Positions 36,867-46,934 of a stretch of 64,000 nucleotides of DNA are shown here, piece by piece. Below the pieces are notes generated by a model. That model searched no databases, was not told the origin of the DNA, and saw only the letters and a program-made list of their open reading frames with translations. The number at the start of each line of letters is the position of its first letter. Positions within the stretch are counted from its first letter, which is position 1. This DNA is from Bacteroidales bacterium UBA6267. GTDB lineage: Bacteria; Bacteroidota; Bacteroidia; Bacteroidales; UBA1556. The stretch lies in contig DJVB01000046.1 in assembly GCA_002440745.1 (NCBI GenBank), positions 14,593-78,592 on the forward strand, in the 5' to 3' direction. The position numbers and the translations under genes were made by a program.

Positions 36867-39398
36867 TCAAAATTTGGCGGATAATTGCACATTCAAGCGG
36901 CGCGGTGTCAGAAAATTTGGTACAGGATTCATACGTCCCTCCACATCCATTATCCAAAGATAGCTGAGTGTATTGCTGATTTGGAGCAAGTTGAAGACTT
37001 CCACACTTATCCACATCGACTTAAAAAACCGAAGAGGGCTTTTAGATTTTCGTTTGGTGTCTTCACCAATCAATTGCTTCGAAAAACCGATGTCCACGCG
37101 TCTATAGGGAGGGTAGCGGTCGGTTTGCTGATAGCGTTTGTGCGTTGGTGGTCCGAAGGGTAATCCTGTGGCAAACACCAAATTAAGATGCACTTTATAG
37201 GTTGGATAGTTGGGCACATAATCCTGAAAAAACAGATTGAAGCTGATTCTCTGATCGGTAGGTCGAGGGATAAAACCCGGCTCAATTCGCAGGCTGTCGG
37301 CGGGTACATCATCGAAAGTTATTCCCGAGACAATCTTTTCACCACTTTTGTTATAATATTCAAAATAATAATCCCCAATAATGTCTTCTTGAGTTTTAAG
37401 AAAAGAGACCCCAACCCATGATTCGGCCAACTCCACAAATTCGCCATTGAGTTTCAAATCGACTCCGGTAGCATAGCCCACTGCATCATTATTAGCGAAA
37501 TACCTAATTCTGACATCGTCAATTTCGTAAGGAATCAAGTCCCAAAAATATTTGTAATATGCTTCCACAGTCAGGCGAAAAGGTCTATCCCACATATCGA
37601 AACTATAATCGGACCCCGCAATAATCTGCCAAGATTTTTGAGCTTTTACGTCCGGCGAAACTGTTCCATCGAAATAACGCATCTCGCGGTAAAATCCGGG
37701 CTGAGCGTATATTCCTGTTGCAAGACGGAATGCGATGTCACGTTTCCACTTTGGCGACAAATTTACTGAAAATCTGGGGCTTACCAAAAACTCATCGGAG
37801 AAATCCCAGTAAGTGGATCGAATTCCAAGTTCGAAAGCGAGTTCATTTTGCTTACTGTTTTTTACCCATTTTTTTTGTACAAAAGCTGAAATCCTATTCG
37901 TGGTAAAATTATAATTCTTTGCCTTTACAACTTCTTGGAGTTCAATGGTATTTGGTCGGACGTAGTTTGGATTTGAATTGCCAATATTATCTGCAGGATG
38001 AGGCAAACTGAAACCCGAAGAATCGATAAGTTGCCATTCGCTCAACTTATCGTTAAGCAAATCATGCCTCAACTCAAAGCCATATTGCAGGTTGGATTTA
38101 TACTCCCCCTGAAATTTAAGATTAGAAATCCAGCCATCAAGTTGGTTTCGTCCATGATTTAAAAAAGAGCCAATACCTTTATTATAGGCCACTTCGCCAA
38201 AATCGTCTTTGCCAAGATCATTTTCCAAAACATCCAACCAATATTGCCCAAGAATATCGAAGGATTCGGTTTCAATGGTACGGTGAAGAGTAAAAGCCAT
38301 CCATTGAGTATGATGTTTTTTTGTTCTTGTGAGTTTCAACGACCCCATATAGGTATTGAACTCATCAACTTCCTGACCTTCAAAGAAAACCGTAAACCGT
38401 AGTGCCTCGAAAATACTTCCGAAATTAGTTTCACGGTCGGCGGGGATAAGATGATATTTGTTCATCGACAAACTTGATAACAAATCCACCTGCCAATATT
38501 CGTTTAGGTTATACGTGAAAAGCCCCTGAAAATCAATAAATCTCGGACGGTAATCACCTTTTGTATCTAAGCTGCTGAGCAGATAAGCATTGGTTTTGTA
38601 GCGAAGTCCGATGAGGTAATGAAAAGGAATATTTTTAGCTACGTCTTCGATAGCAATGGCGCCTCCCATCAAACTGCCTCGAAACGAACCACCAAATTCC
38701 GCAGGTCGGCGATAGGTAATATCTAAGACAGACGACATTTTATCGCCATAATTTGCGCTGAAACCTCCGGCGGAAAAGCGAATATCGTCAACAAGGTCGC
38801 TGTTTACAAAAGGGAGTCCCTCCTGCTGCCCCGACCGAATGAGCACAGGTCGATGGATTTCGATACCATTAACATAAACCAAATTCTCGTCGAAATTTCC
38901 ACCTCTTACCGAATACTGCGTACTAAGCTCATTATTTGAGTTGACGCCGGGCATTCGCTTTAAAAACTCTGTCACAAAATCGCCTGATGGTGTGGGAATA
39001 AGCTCCAATTTTTTCTTGTCGATTCGGATAAGGCCATCATATTCGCGCCGTCCCACAATCTCCACTGTATCAAAATCATACCTTTCGCCAATAACGATAT
39101 TTATCTCCTTTCGCTGCCCTGGTTTTAGCGAAATGACTTTATCCACAGGCTTATATCCTGTGAATGAAAAACGCACTATAATAGAGGAGCCAGGGTCGAG
39201 TTGCAGGGAATAACTACCGTCAGGATTAGTAGTTGTGCCGTTGCTTGTTCCAAAAATCAGCACATTGGCAGGAGGATCAAAGGGTTTTTTCTCTTCATCA
39301 GTAACTTTTCCATAAATCTCTGCTTTTTGGGCAAAGCCAAATTGAACAGAAAAAAATAATAAGAAAAATATGAAAATATTATATTGTTTGCTAATCAT
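36867..39398 (-). CDS. TonB-dependent-receptor-type outer-membrane protein (CarboxypepD_reg + plug + barrel)
   Basis: 843 aa. 'GKVTDEEKKPF...' carboxypeptidase-regulatory-like N-terminus, plug motif 'LKRMPGVNSNNELSTQYSVRGGNFDENLVYVNGIEI', and C-terminal '...NVQLSAKF'. Confidence 0.75.
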   Translation of the reverse strand: MISKQYNIFIFFLLFFSVQFGFAQKAEIYGKVTDEEKKPFDPPANVLIFGTSNGTTTNPDGSYSLQLDPGSSIIVRFSFTGYKPVDKVISLKPGQRKEINIVIGERYDFDTVEIVGRREYDGLIRIDKKKLELIPTPSGDFVTEFLKRMPGVNSNNELSTQYSVRGGNFDENLVYVNGIEIHRPVLIRSGQQEGLPFVNSDLVDDIRFSAGGFSANYGDKMSSVLDITYRRPAEFGGSFRGSLMGGAIAIEDVAKNIPFHYLIGLRYKTNAYLLSSLDTKGDYRPRFIDFQGLFTYNLNEYWQVDLLSSLSMNKYHLIPADRETNFGSIFEALRFTVFFEGQEVDEFNTYMGSLKLTRTKKHHTQWMAFTLHRTIETESFDILGQYWLDVLENDLGKDDFGEVAYNKGIGSFLNHGRNQLDGWISNLKFQGEYKSNLQYGFELRHDLLNDKLSEWQLIDSSGFSLPHPADNIGNSNPNYVRPNTIELQEVVKAKNYNFTTNRISAFVQKKWVKNSKQNELAFELGIRSTYWDFSDEFLVSPRFSVNLSPKWKRDIAFRLATGIYAQPGFYREMRYFDGTVSPDVKAQKSWQIIAGSDYSFDMWDRPFRLTVEAYYKYFWDLIPYEIDDVRIRYFANNDAVGYATGVDLKLNGEFVELAESWVGVSFLKTQEDIIGDYYFEYYNKSGEKIVSGITFDDVPADSLRIEPGFIPRPTDQRISFNLFFQDYVPNYPTYKVHLNLVFATGLPFGPPTHKRYQQTDRYPPYRRVDIGFSKQLIGEDTKRKSKSPLRFFKSMWISVEVFNLLQISNTLSYLWIMDVEGRMNPVPNFLTPRRLNVQLSAKF

Positions 39399-40059
39399 CC
39401 TTGTCTTTTCGTTTAAACTTACCCTCTTCCCACGCCTTTATAAATTGCGCCCATGCAAACGGATTTAGCAGTGAAATAGGAGCATATTGTCCGTTATAAT
39501 AGCTTTTGCTTACGACATTTCCAATCTGATTTCTAAAATTCATCGAACCATCCATTGGCATAGATAAACCAATTTCACGAAGTGTTTCCCGTTCCAAATT
39601 TTTCATAGCACGGTCGAAATCATTTTCCGGAACGACAGTATGAACGATGGCATATTCCAAAGCTTCAACAGTTGGCCAGGGGTAGATTACGGTTTCTTGC
39701 AGTAAAATGGTGTCGGTTTGCATCATTTGATACATCGAATAATGAAAGGAAGTCAGAGTGTCCGGGATTTTAAATCTGCTATTTCGATAGCCCTGAGCCG
39801 AAAACACAATGACATCACCGGTGTAGGCCACGAAGGAGAAAAAACCATAAGAATTTGCTGCTCCACCACGATTTTGTCCTTCCACTAAGATATTGGCAAA
39901 ACGTATTGGTTTCAGGCTGTCGGCTGTAAGCACCGCGCCCGAAAACTGAATCATCCTTCGATTCGTATCGCTTCTATGTGCAGCATTGCTGTCTTGTCCA
40001 AAAGCAATTTGGAAACAGAAAAGGATGGACAGAAAAAATATGGATGTTTTATAGATCAT
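39391..40059 (-). CDS. carboxypeptidase-regulatory-like domain protein
   Basis: 222 aa. Signal peptide, then 'FSGAVLTADSLKPIRFANILVEG...GFFSFVAYTGDVIVFSAQGYR' (CarboxypepD_reg pattern). 8-nt overlap with the downstream receptor gene. Confidence 0.55.
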   Translation of the reverse strand: MIYKTSIFFLSILFCFQIAFGQDSNAAHRSDTNRRMIQFSGAVLTADSLKPIRFANILVEGQNRGGAANSYGFFSFVAYTGDVIVFSAQGYRNSRFKIPDTLTSFHYSMYQMMQTDTILLQETVIYPWPTVEALEYAIVHTVVPENDFDRAMKNLERETLREIGLSMPMDGSMNFRNQIGNVVSKSYYNGQYAPISLLNPFAWAQFIKAWEEGKFKRKDKDD

Positions 40060-40185
40060 CTCAAGTTGCCAAAATCAATTTCAAAATGCAATGGATAGTG
40101 GGGCAAATTGGCCTAAACTATCTTCCGGCAAAATTATTCAAAATCACTAACCTAAAAGTTTGATTTTTATTTTGGCTTGAAGCAA

Positions 40186-42237
40186 TTATTTACTGATAAT
40201 TTTAAACTCGGAACGGCGGTTAAGTTTTCGACCTTCTTCTGTATCGTTATTAGCGATAGGCTTTGTGAATCCATAACCTACATAGCTGAGCCTTGCAGAA
40301 CTAACTCCTTGACTTATAAGATAATCAACAACTGCTTTTGCACGCTCAACCGATAATTTTTGGTTATAAGGCTCATCACCCACATTGTCGGTATGTCCCG
40401 AAATTTCGATTTTCAACGTAGGATATTGATTGAGTAATTTAACCAGATTGTTAAGCTCAGCGAGTGATTCTTTGTTGAGTTCCGACTTTTTATAGTCAAA
40501 AAAGATATTATGTAAAGCAATTTCACTACCAACTTCCACTTTCTTTAAGGCGATATTTTTTATCACTTCGCGATATTCGGCATTTTTACTTATGTCAAAA
40601 TTTTCGGAGTGAAACAGATAATCTTCAGCACGAACCGAAATACCATAGTTTTTTCCCGAAGGCAAGCTGACAATATATCTTCCTGATACCGAGTTAGATT
40701 CAAAAGTAGCAAGGATTTCACCGGTTTCGTTATCTACCAAATCGATACTTGCTTCAAGAGGATTTCCATTTAAAGCATCCGTAATCTGCCCCTTCACTAA
40801 AGTGAGCTGAGTTGTGTGAATTTCTTCAAATTGCTCCATGAAAACGTCTATATTGGCTTTTTCGCGGCTGGCAATCATATTGTCCTCGTTATTGAAGATA
40901 GGATGTTTTTCAGGACCATAAAAATTGATTAAATAAAGGTCTTGATTACCCATTCCTTCAGGTTTTACTGATGAATAGTAACCATGACGACCATTTGCCG
41001 AAATGGAAAAATAAACATCGTTGTCGGGAGTATTAATGGGATAACCCAGATTTTCGGGTTCGCTCCAAACGCCATTTTCTATAACCGTGCGAAAAACATC
41101 ATAGCCTCCCATAGTTTGATGACCTCGCGAACTGAAATACAACGTTTTGCCATCAGGAAGCATAAATACGCCGATTTCGTCATATTTGGTATTCACAGCA
41201 GCCCCCAAATTAACCGGACTGCTCCAATGACCATTATTATCCATTTTAGAATAATAGATGTCTTTACCTCCATAGCCTCCCGGTCGGTCGCTGACAAAAT
41301 AGAGCCCTCGACCGTCAAAACTAAAAGCGGCTGAGCTTTCCTGATATTTTGAATTAACCGGACTTTCTAAGGCACGGGGTCTTGTCCACTCGTTCCCTTT
41401 TAGCTTGGAAATATAAATATCTCCCCCATCATTATCTTTATAAATCAGCAAATAGTTTCCATCGGGTGATAAGCCAACAACCGCATCGTGTCCGTAAGTG
41501 TTGATATTGTTTGAGTTAGATGGTGGAGCCCAGTAACCGGAGCGATATTCGGTGATAAAAACATCTTCATAATATTCGAAGTCGAGACCATCCTTGTCGC
41601 CACCAACCGTACCTTCGCGGCGCGAGGTAAAAAACAATACCGATTCGTCGGCTGTAATGATAGGACCATAGTCGGGATAGGGAGAGTTGACGCCTCCGCC
41701 TAAGTTTTCAATTTGCACTCGTACAGGCTTCTTTATCAAATCTTTACCCACTTCACATTCTTTAATCTTCTTTTCGATATCATCAACCATATCTCTCAAA
41801 CGGTCCGGCGGCAAGGAGCGTTGATAGGTTCGGTATAGTTCAATCGCACGGTCGAAATCAAGGGTTAGATGATAGGCTCGCGCCAGATGATAGTTTATAT
41901 CGGCTGAAACTTTTGAATCAAGCTCGTTAGCGATATAAAAATATTTCAAGGCCATTTCAACCGGCTTCACTTCCAAATAACAAAGTCCTATTTTATAATT
42001 TAGTTTCGCATTATTGGGGTTGAACCGATGCGCTTGAATATAATAATCCAAGGCCAATTCCAAATTACCAAAACCTTCACTATAGTAATAATCGCCATCT
42101 TCCATCGATTTGATGGCTTCTTTCAACTCGGCCTCTTTACCTTTGAAATTCTCCTTAGAAAAATCCACATTTTTCTCTTGCGCAATTGCAAGTTGAAAAG
42201 CGAGAAGTATGATTACTAATAGAGAATTTCTTAACAT
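40186..42237 (-). CDS. OmpA-family protein (TPR + TolB-like beta-propeller repeats + CarboxypepD_reg-like + OmpA C-terminal domain)
   Basis: Start at the ATG at 42237 (MLRNSLLVIILLAF). Repeated 'SPDG..LYF.S.R.GG.GG.DIY' WD40-like/TolB units. C-terminal 'ISGHTDNVGDEPYNQKLSVERAKAV...NRRSEFKI' is the OmpA peptidoglycan-binding motif. Confidence 0.85.
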   Translation of the reverse strand: MLRNSLLVIILLAFQLAIAQEKNVDFSKENFKGKEAELKEAIKSMEDGDYYYSEGFGNLELALDYYIQAHRFNPNNAKLNYKIGLCYLEVKPVEMALKYFYIANELDSKVSADINYHLARAYHLTLDFDRAIELYRTYQRSLPPDRLRDMVDDIEKKIKECEVGKDLIKKPVRVQIENLGGGVNSPYPDYGPIITADESVLFFTSRREGTVGGDKDGLDFEYYEDVFITEYRSGYWAPPSNSNNINTYGHDAVVGLSPDGNYLLIYKDNDGGDIYISKLKGNEWTRPRALESPVNSKYQESSAAFSFDGRGLYFVSDRPGGYGGKDIYYSKMDNNGHWSSPVNLGAAVNTKYDEIGVFMLPDGKTLYFSSRGHQTMGGYDVFRTVIENGVWSEPENLGYPINTPDNDVYFSISANGRHGYYSSVKPEGMGNQDLYLINFYGPEKHPIFNNEDNMIASREKANIDVFMEQFEEIHTTQLTLVKGQITDALNGNPLEASIDLVDNETGEILATFESNSVSGRYIVSLPSGKNYGISVRAEDYLFHSENFDISKNAEYREVIKNIALKKVEVGSEIALHNIFFDYKKSELNKESLAELNNLVKLLNQYPTLKIEISGHTDNVGDEPYNQKLSVERAKAVVDYLISQGVSSARLSYVGYGFTKPIANNDTEEGRKLNRRSEFKIISK

Positions 42238-42312
42238 CGTTTTGTAAAAAAATATGTAACTTCTTTGAATATACATCGACTTATAATTCTTGATTCCTAA
42301 TGGTTATTAAGT

Positions 42313-44376
42313 TTAACGACTTAGCACTTTAAACTCTGTTCTACGATTTTCCTGACGGCCTTCAGGAGTGTCGTTGGAGGCCTTGGGCTGATCAAAACCA
42401 TAACCCATAAAGGTCAACCTGTCGGCATTAATTCCCTTGCCAACAAGATAGTCAACCACTGCTTTAGCGCGCTTTTCCGAAAGGTTTTTGTTGAAAGCAG
42501 CCGAGCCAACATTATCTGTATGACCGGAAATTTCGATTTTCAATGTTGGGATTTCATTGAGAAGTTTCAATAGGTTTTCCAATTCTTTTTCCGATTCGGG
42601 CTTCAGCGTACTTTTGCCGCTGTCGAAAAATATATTTTTCAAAACCACACTGCTTCCCACAGCAATTTTCTTCAATTGAATGTCTTTTACAACTTCGTTA
42701 TAGCCGGTATTTGCCGAAAGGTCCACGTTGTCGCTATAAAACAAGCACTGGTCAGAGTTTACGGTGATGCCATAATTTTTACCGCCGGGCAACGAAACGA
42801 GGTATTTTCCGGTAGTTTTATTATTCTCGAAAGTCGCAACTACTTTATTGGTAGTCAAGTCGGTAAGCTCTAAAGTGGCAAAGAGCGGCACATTTGTATA
42901 TTCATCTGTGATAGTTCCTTTGAGAATCATCAGATTGACTTCTTCAATATCGACTTTTTGCATAATCACTTTCTCTTGAACGCCCGAATTTTTGAAGGCT
43001 ATCAAATTGTCTTCGGTATTAGTAATCAAATCTTTTTCTTTTCCGAGGAAAGAAATCTGATAGATGTCGTGACTTCCGAATCCTTCCTTATTAGAGCTGC
43101 TATAGTATCCATATTTTCCATTAGCTGAAATGGAAAAGAACACATCATCGCCGGTAGTATTTACCGGATAACCTAAATTTACAGGTGCGGAAAATTTTCC
43201 ATTTTCGTAGGTAATTTTGAAGATGTCGAAACCGCCCATAGTTTGGTGCCCTTGAGAGCTGAAGTAGAAAGTTTTGCCGTCGGGATGGGCAAAAATTCCG
43301 GTTTCCTCGTAGGGTGTATTTATGTCGCCGCCCATATTTTGCGCCGGACTCCACCGACCTTTTTCATCCTTACGACTGCTGTAAATATCGTGACCACCAT
43401 AGCCTCCGGGACGGTCGCTAACGAAATAAATAGTAAGATAGTCGAAACTGAATGAGGCGGTTGACTCGTGATAAGGCGTGTTGATATTCTTGCCCATATT
43501 TTCCGGTTTCTGCCATTGGTCGCCGCTAAGTTTTGAGAAAAGGATGTCGCCACCACCTTCGTCCCGATAGAGGAAAAGTTGTTGTCCATCGGCTGAAACA
43601 CCCAAAATTGCATCATGGGTTTCGCTATTGAGTGGTTTGCCAGGGTTTTGTGGTGCAGTCCATTGCCCGTTTTCGTCCTTCCGTGAAATATAAATATCCT
43701 CAAAATATTGATTGCGATATTCGTCGATGCCTCCTCCGGTAGTAGTTGGTCGCATTGAAGTGAACATAAGCAAAGACCTGTCGGCATTTATCACCGGACT
43801 ATAATCGGGATATTCGGTATTGATTTTGTCGCCAACATTCTCGATAATCACTCGCACCGGATTGCTAACCAACTCTTTACCTTTTCGACACTCGGCCAAT
43901 TCCTTATCAATTTCCTTTTCGAATCTCGAAATTTCTTCCGGTGTCAAGGTTTTTCTATAGTTGATTAGCAATTCAATTGCTTCATCAAACTTGTAATCAA
44001 TATGATAGCATTTAGCCAAAAGGAACTTAATATCCCCTCCAAAATTTGGCTCCAATTTCAATACGGATTCAAAATAGGGAATGGCTTCTTTAAGTTTTCG
44101 CAGCTTTACATAACAATAGCCCATATTATAGTTTAGAGAGGCGTTGTTGGGATTGAATTTGTAAGCCTCGCTGTAGAAAGTCAGGGCTTGTTGGTAGTTT
44201 GGAAACTCCGAATTGAGGATTTTATCACCGGCTTTTATGCTTTTCAAAGCTGCTTTCAAACCGTCTTTGTCGTTAGGAAAAGCCTTTTGGTCAAATTCCA
44301 CATTTTGGCTTACGGCAAGATTAGTGAAAAAACTTGCTGCCAAAATCACGATTAATGTAACTATCTTTTGCATCAT
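42313..44376 (-). CDS. OmpA-family protein, tandem paralog of the preceding gene
   Basis: Same domain order and co-linear similarity along the full length (e.g. 'ISGHTDNVGSAAFNKNLSEKRAKAV...NRRTEFKV'). The start is at the ATG at 44376 or 44373. Confidence 0.85.
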   Translation of the reverse strand: MMQKIVTLIVILAASFFTNLAVSQNVEFDQKAFPNDKDGLKAALKSIKAGDKILNSEFPNYQQALTFYSEAYKFNPNNASLNYNMGYCYVKLRKLKEAIPYFESVLKLEPNFGGDIKFLLAKCYHIDYKFDEAIELLINYRKTLTPEEISRFEKEIDKELAECRKGKELVSNPVRVIIENVGDKINTEYPDYSPVINADRSLLMFTSMRPTTTGGGIDEYRNQYFEDIYISRKDENGQWTAPQNPGKPLNSETHDAILGVSADGQQLFLYRDEGGGDILFSKLSGDQWQKPENMGKNINTPYHESTASFSFDYLTIYFVSDRPGGYGGHDIYSSRKDEKGRWSPAQNMGGDINTPYEETGIFAHPDGKTFYFSSQGHQTMGGFDIFKITYENGKFSAPVNLGYPVNTTGDDVFFSISANGKYGYYSSSNKEGFGSHDIYQISFLGKEKDLITNTEDNLIAFKNSGVQEKVIMQKVDIEEVNLMILKGTITDEYTNVPLFATLELTDLTTNKVVATFENNKTTGKYLVSLPGGKNYGITVNSDQCLFYSDNVDLSANTGYNEVVKDIQLKKIAVGSSVVLKNIFFDSGKSTLKPESEKELENLLKLLNEIPTLKIEISGHTDNVGSAAFNKNLSEKRAKAVVDYLVGKGINADRLTFMGYGFDQPKASNDTPEGRQENRRTEFKVLSR

Positions 44377-44392
44377 AATCACTCTTTTTTAA

Positions 44393-45463
44393 TTAGTTAC
44401 ATTGCCCTTTAAAATAGCTTTGAGCTACTTCAATACCAAGCGAATAGGCCTTTTTCCAATCGCTACAAGCACCTGCTTCGTCGCGCAACATTTCTTTGGA
44501 TATTCCTCGATTCAAAAAAGCATATCCGTAATTTGAATCAATGCTAATGGCTTTGTCGTAATCTTTGATGGCTTCTTCGTATTTCTTTTGTTTATATTTT
44601 ACGTTGCCGCGATTATTATAGGCAAAAACATAATCACTTTTCAGTTCGATGGCTTTAGAAAAATCGGTAATTGCCTTTTCATAATCCCCTTTGAGCATAT
44701 AAACTGAGCCGCGATTATTATAAGCGATATAGTAATCCTTTTTAAGCGAAATAGCTGAAGTATAATCGGTTATAGCTCCTTCGATGTCGCCCAATTTTTT
44801 CTTCACTGTGGCCATATTATTAAAAGCTAAAGCCAATTGCGGGTCAATTTGAATTGCCTTTCGATAATCCTGGAGCGCCTCCTGATATTTTTCCATTTGC
44901 CGTTTTGTACTTCCGCGGTCGTTATAAGCAAAGGCGTAATCGGATTTGAGTTCGATGGCTTTATTATACATTTTCAAAGCCTCTTCATAGTTTTGCTGGT
45001 CGAAATAAACGCAACCGGCATAATAAGCCGCTTGAGGTTTGAGGTCAACTTCCGAGCCCTGAAGACAGCTATTGAAGTCGGTCAGTGCGCCATCCAAATC
45101 TTTCATTTCGTAGCGAATGAGGCCACGGCTGAAATAGGCTTTCCCGGAAGGCTCAAGCAAAATAGCCATATTATAATCCGAAATGGCCTCGGCATATTTT
45201 TTAAGCTCCGCTTTAGCCGATGCTCTGTTGAAGTAGGCTTTGGCAAAATTGGGCTTGATGGCGATGGCTTCGTCAAAACGGGAGATGGCTTCCTGATGCT
45301 TGTTTTGTTGAAAGAAGATAATTCCTTCATTATAGCTCTTTTCCGCTTTTTGATCGTCAGCAGCACTGACGGTTTTGATGGTGTCGATTGCTGTAGTATT
45401 CTCCTGGCCAAAGGCATAAACCGACAACATGAAAGTTAAAAGTACTAAGGTTATTTGCTTCAT
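44393..45463 (-). CDS. tetratricopeptide-repeat protein
   Basis: Start at the ATG at 45463 (MKQITLVLLTFMLSVYAFGQ). At least 8 consecutive 34-aa TPR units ('AYNNRGSV...AI.D..KAIELK.DY'). Confidence 0.8.
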   Translation of the reverse strand: MKQITLVLLTFMLSVYAFGQENTTAIDTIKTVSAADDQKAEKSYNEGIIFFQQNKHQEAISRFDEAIAIKPNFAKAYFNRASAKAELKKYAEAISDYNMAILLEPSGKAYFSRGLIRYEMKDLDGALTDFNSCLQGSEVDLKPQAAYYAGCVYFDQQNYEEALKMYNKAIELKSDYAFAYNDRGSTKRQMEKYQEALQDYRKAIQIDPQLALAFNNMATVKKKLGDIEGAITDYTSAISLKKDYYIAYNNRGSVYMLKGDYEKAITDFSKAIELKSDYVFAYNNRGNVKYKQKKYEEAIKDYDKAISIDSNYGYAFLNRGISKEMLRDEAGACSDWKKAYSLGIEVAQSYFKGQCN

Positions 45464-45722
45464 ATTAATATGTTTACTTGTTTTCAAAAATTATATTCAA
45501 ACCAATTACCACCGAATTTAGCTTCAGATAAATTTCATCTTTTGGGTCAATTTTATCTTTAAGTCTAATTCCTAATGGCAAATGTTTACGTATTAAATGA
45601 TAATATGTCTCTGTCTAAAAAATATCGGGCTAATATACGAACATTTAATTCTTATGTTCTAATTTTTTTATTTCAACCAAAACTAACAACATTTCGGTAA
45701 CAAAGAACGAAATTAGTAACCT

Positions 45723-46934
45723 TTAAAACATTTCCTCTAAATCCTGATTTACAGAACTTTCGGTAAGTGAAGGCTGAAGATGATTTGCGAAAATCAACTC
45801 CCAATTGATTTTAATCCAAATCAATATCATAGGAATAACTTTGATAGCAAAAGGGACAAAAAAGCCTGATCGTACCATTTTTGGAAAAATGTCGGTAGGC
45901 GAAAGTGAGGTAAAAATCAATGCTAAAACGATGAGCACGATGTCAAAAGTAGTTTTTTTGGACAGAAGAAACCATAAGGCTGCGCCTGCCATTGCTATCA
46001 CAAAGGTTGGCGACTCGGCTTTATGGTTAAAAATCACCATCCAAATAAGCAGGGAAGAAAGATATAAAAGTCTATATTTGAGATTTTTCCATTCGGAGAA
46101 ACGCAAAAGCGGAACAAGCAATATCACGGTGCCGAAAAGTAAAACCAAATTTTTTCCTTGCGAAAGCCCAAACCAACTATTCAGCCATCCCATCACCGAG
46201 ATACCGTAGGAAATGGAGTGATCGTTGGCTAACATAATTCCCCAATTTTCGTACTGCATCCATAGTGTTGCAGGATGGGTAGCTGAAAGAGGAATAAAAA
46301 AGAAAAACAAAAACCACATTAGTGAATAGAGAAAAGATTTCAGCTTGTTTGGATAAAAAAGAAATAAGATAAAGGCCACAATTCCAAAAATTTTAATAAA
46401 AACGGTAGCCATTAAAAATCCGGTAGCGGCAATCAAATTTTGTCGTTCCATTGCGCGCCAACCTAAAATGATTAATCCGGCCATAAGTCCATTACTTTGG
46501 TGGGTTTGAAACGATGTAAGCGCCTCAATAAGAACTAATAACAATAGAATTGCAGTAGATTTTTTATCCTTTGGAAACACTAAATACAAAGCCCACATCA
46601 GCACCACAGCATTCAAAACATTCCAGAGGGTGAGGCCGAGCCAATCGGGCAAAACTGCCAATCCGCCAAAGAAAAGTGCAAAAGCGGGGCTATATTTAAA
46701 TAGGTCGATAAATTGGTCGTAATGATGAATATAGAGATTTTCTCCGGCCAAAAGGTTGAAAAACGAATGCTTGAAAATCATGTAGTTATTATAATGCGTG
46801 TAGAATCCCATGGGTTCGGTGGCTGTTTTGGTCAGGAAAAAGTCCTGAAGACTTGCTGCTATGGCAAAGAGCACATAAACAACCAAAATCCATTTGGGAT
46901 TTTTTAGCAATAACTCGATTTTCGTTCTAAGCAT
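45723..46934 (-). CDS. polytopic membrane glycosyltransferase, GT87/DUF2029-like (paralog of 24714..25967)
   Basis: 403 aa, many TM helices. 'NNYMIFKHSFFNLLAGENLYIHH' resembles the DUF2029 signature. Its ATG overlaps the valS TAA (TAATG). Confidence 0.5.
   Translation of the reverse strand: MLRTKIELLLKNPKWILVVYVLFAIAASLQDFFLTKTATEPMGFYTHYNNYMIFKHSFFNLLAGENLYIHHYDQFIDLFKYSPAFALFFGGLAVLPDWLGLTLWNVLNAVVLMWALYLVFPKDKKSTAILLLLVLIEALTSFQTHQSNGLMAGLIILGWRAMERQNLIAATGFLMATVFIKIFGIVAFILFLFYPNKLKSFLYSLMWFLFFFFIPLSATHPATLWMQYENWGIMLANDHSISYGISVMGWLNSWFGLSQGKNLVLLFGTVILLVPLLRFSEWKNLKYRLLYLSSLLIWMVIFNHKAESPTFVIAMAGAALWFLLSKKTTFDIVLIVLALIFTSLSPTDIFPKMVRSGFFVPFAIKVIPMILIWIKINWELIFANHLQPSLTESSVNQDLEEMF

Noticed and set aside
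43320-43787. 155-aa minus-strand ORF inside the second OmpA paralog
   Set aside because: It is an alternative frame of a gene with full-length paralog support, and it has no independent signals.
44837-45439. 200-aa plus-strand ORF
   Set aside because: It is antisense to the TPR gene, whose 34-aa repeat structure is unambiguous. It is a shadow ORF.
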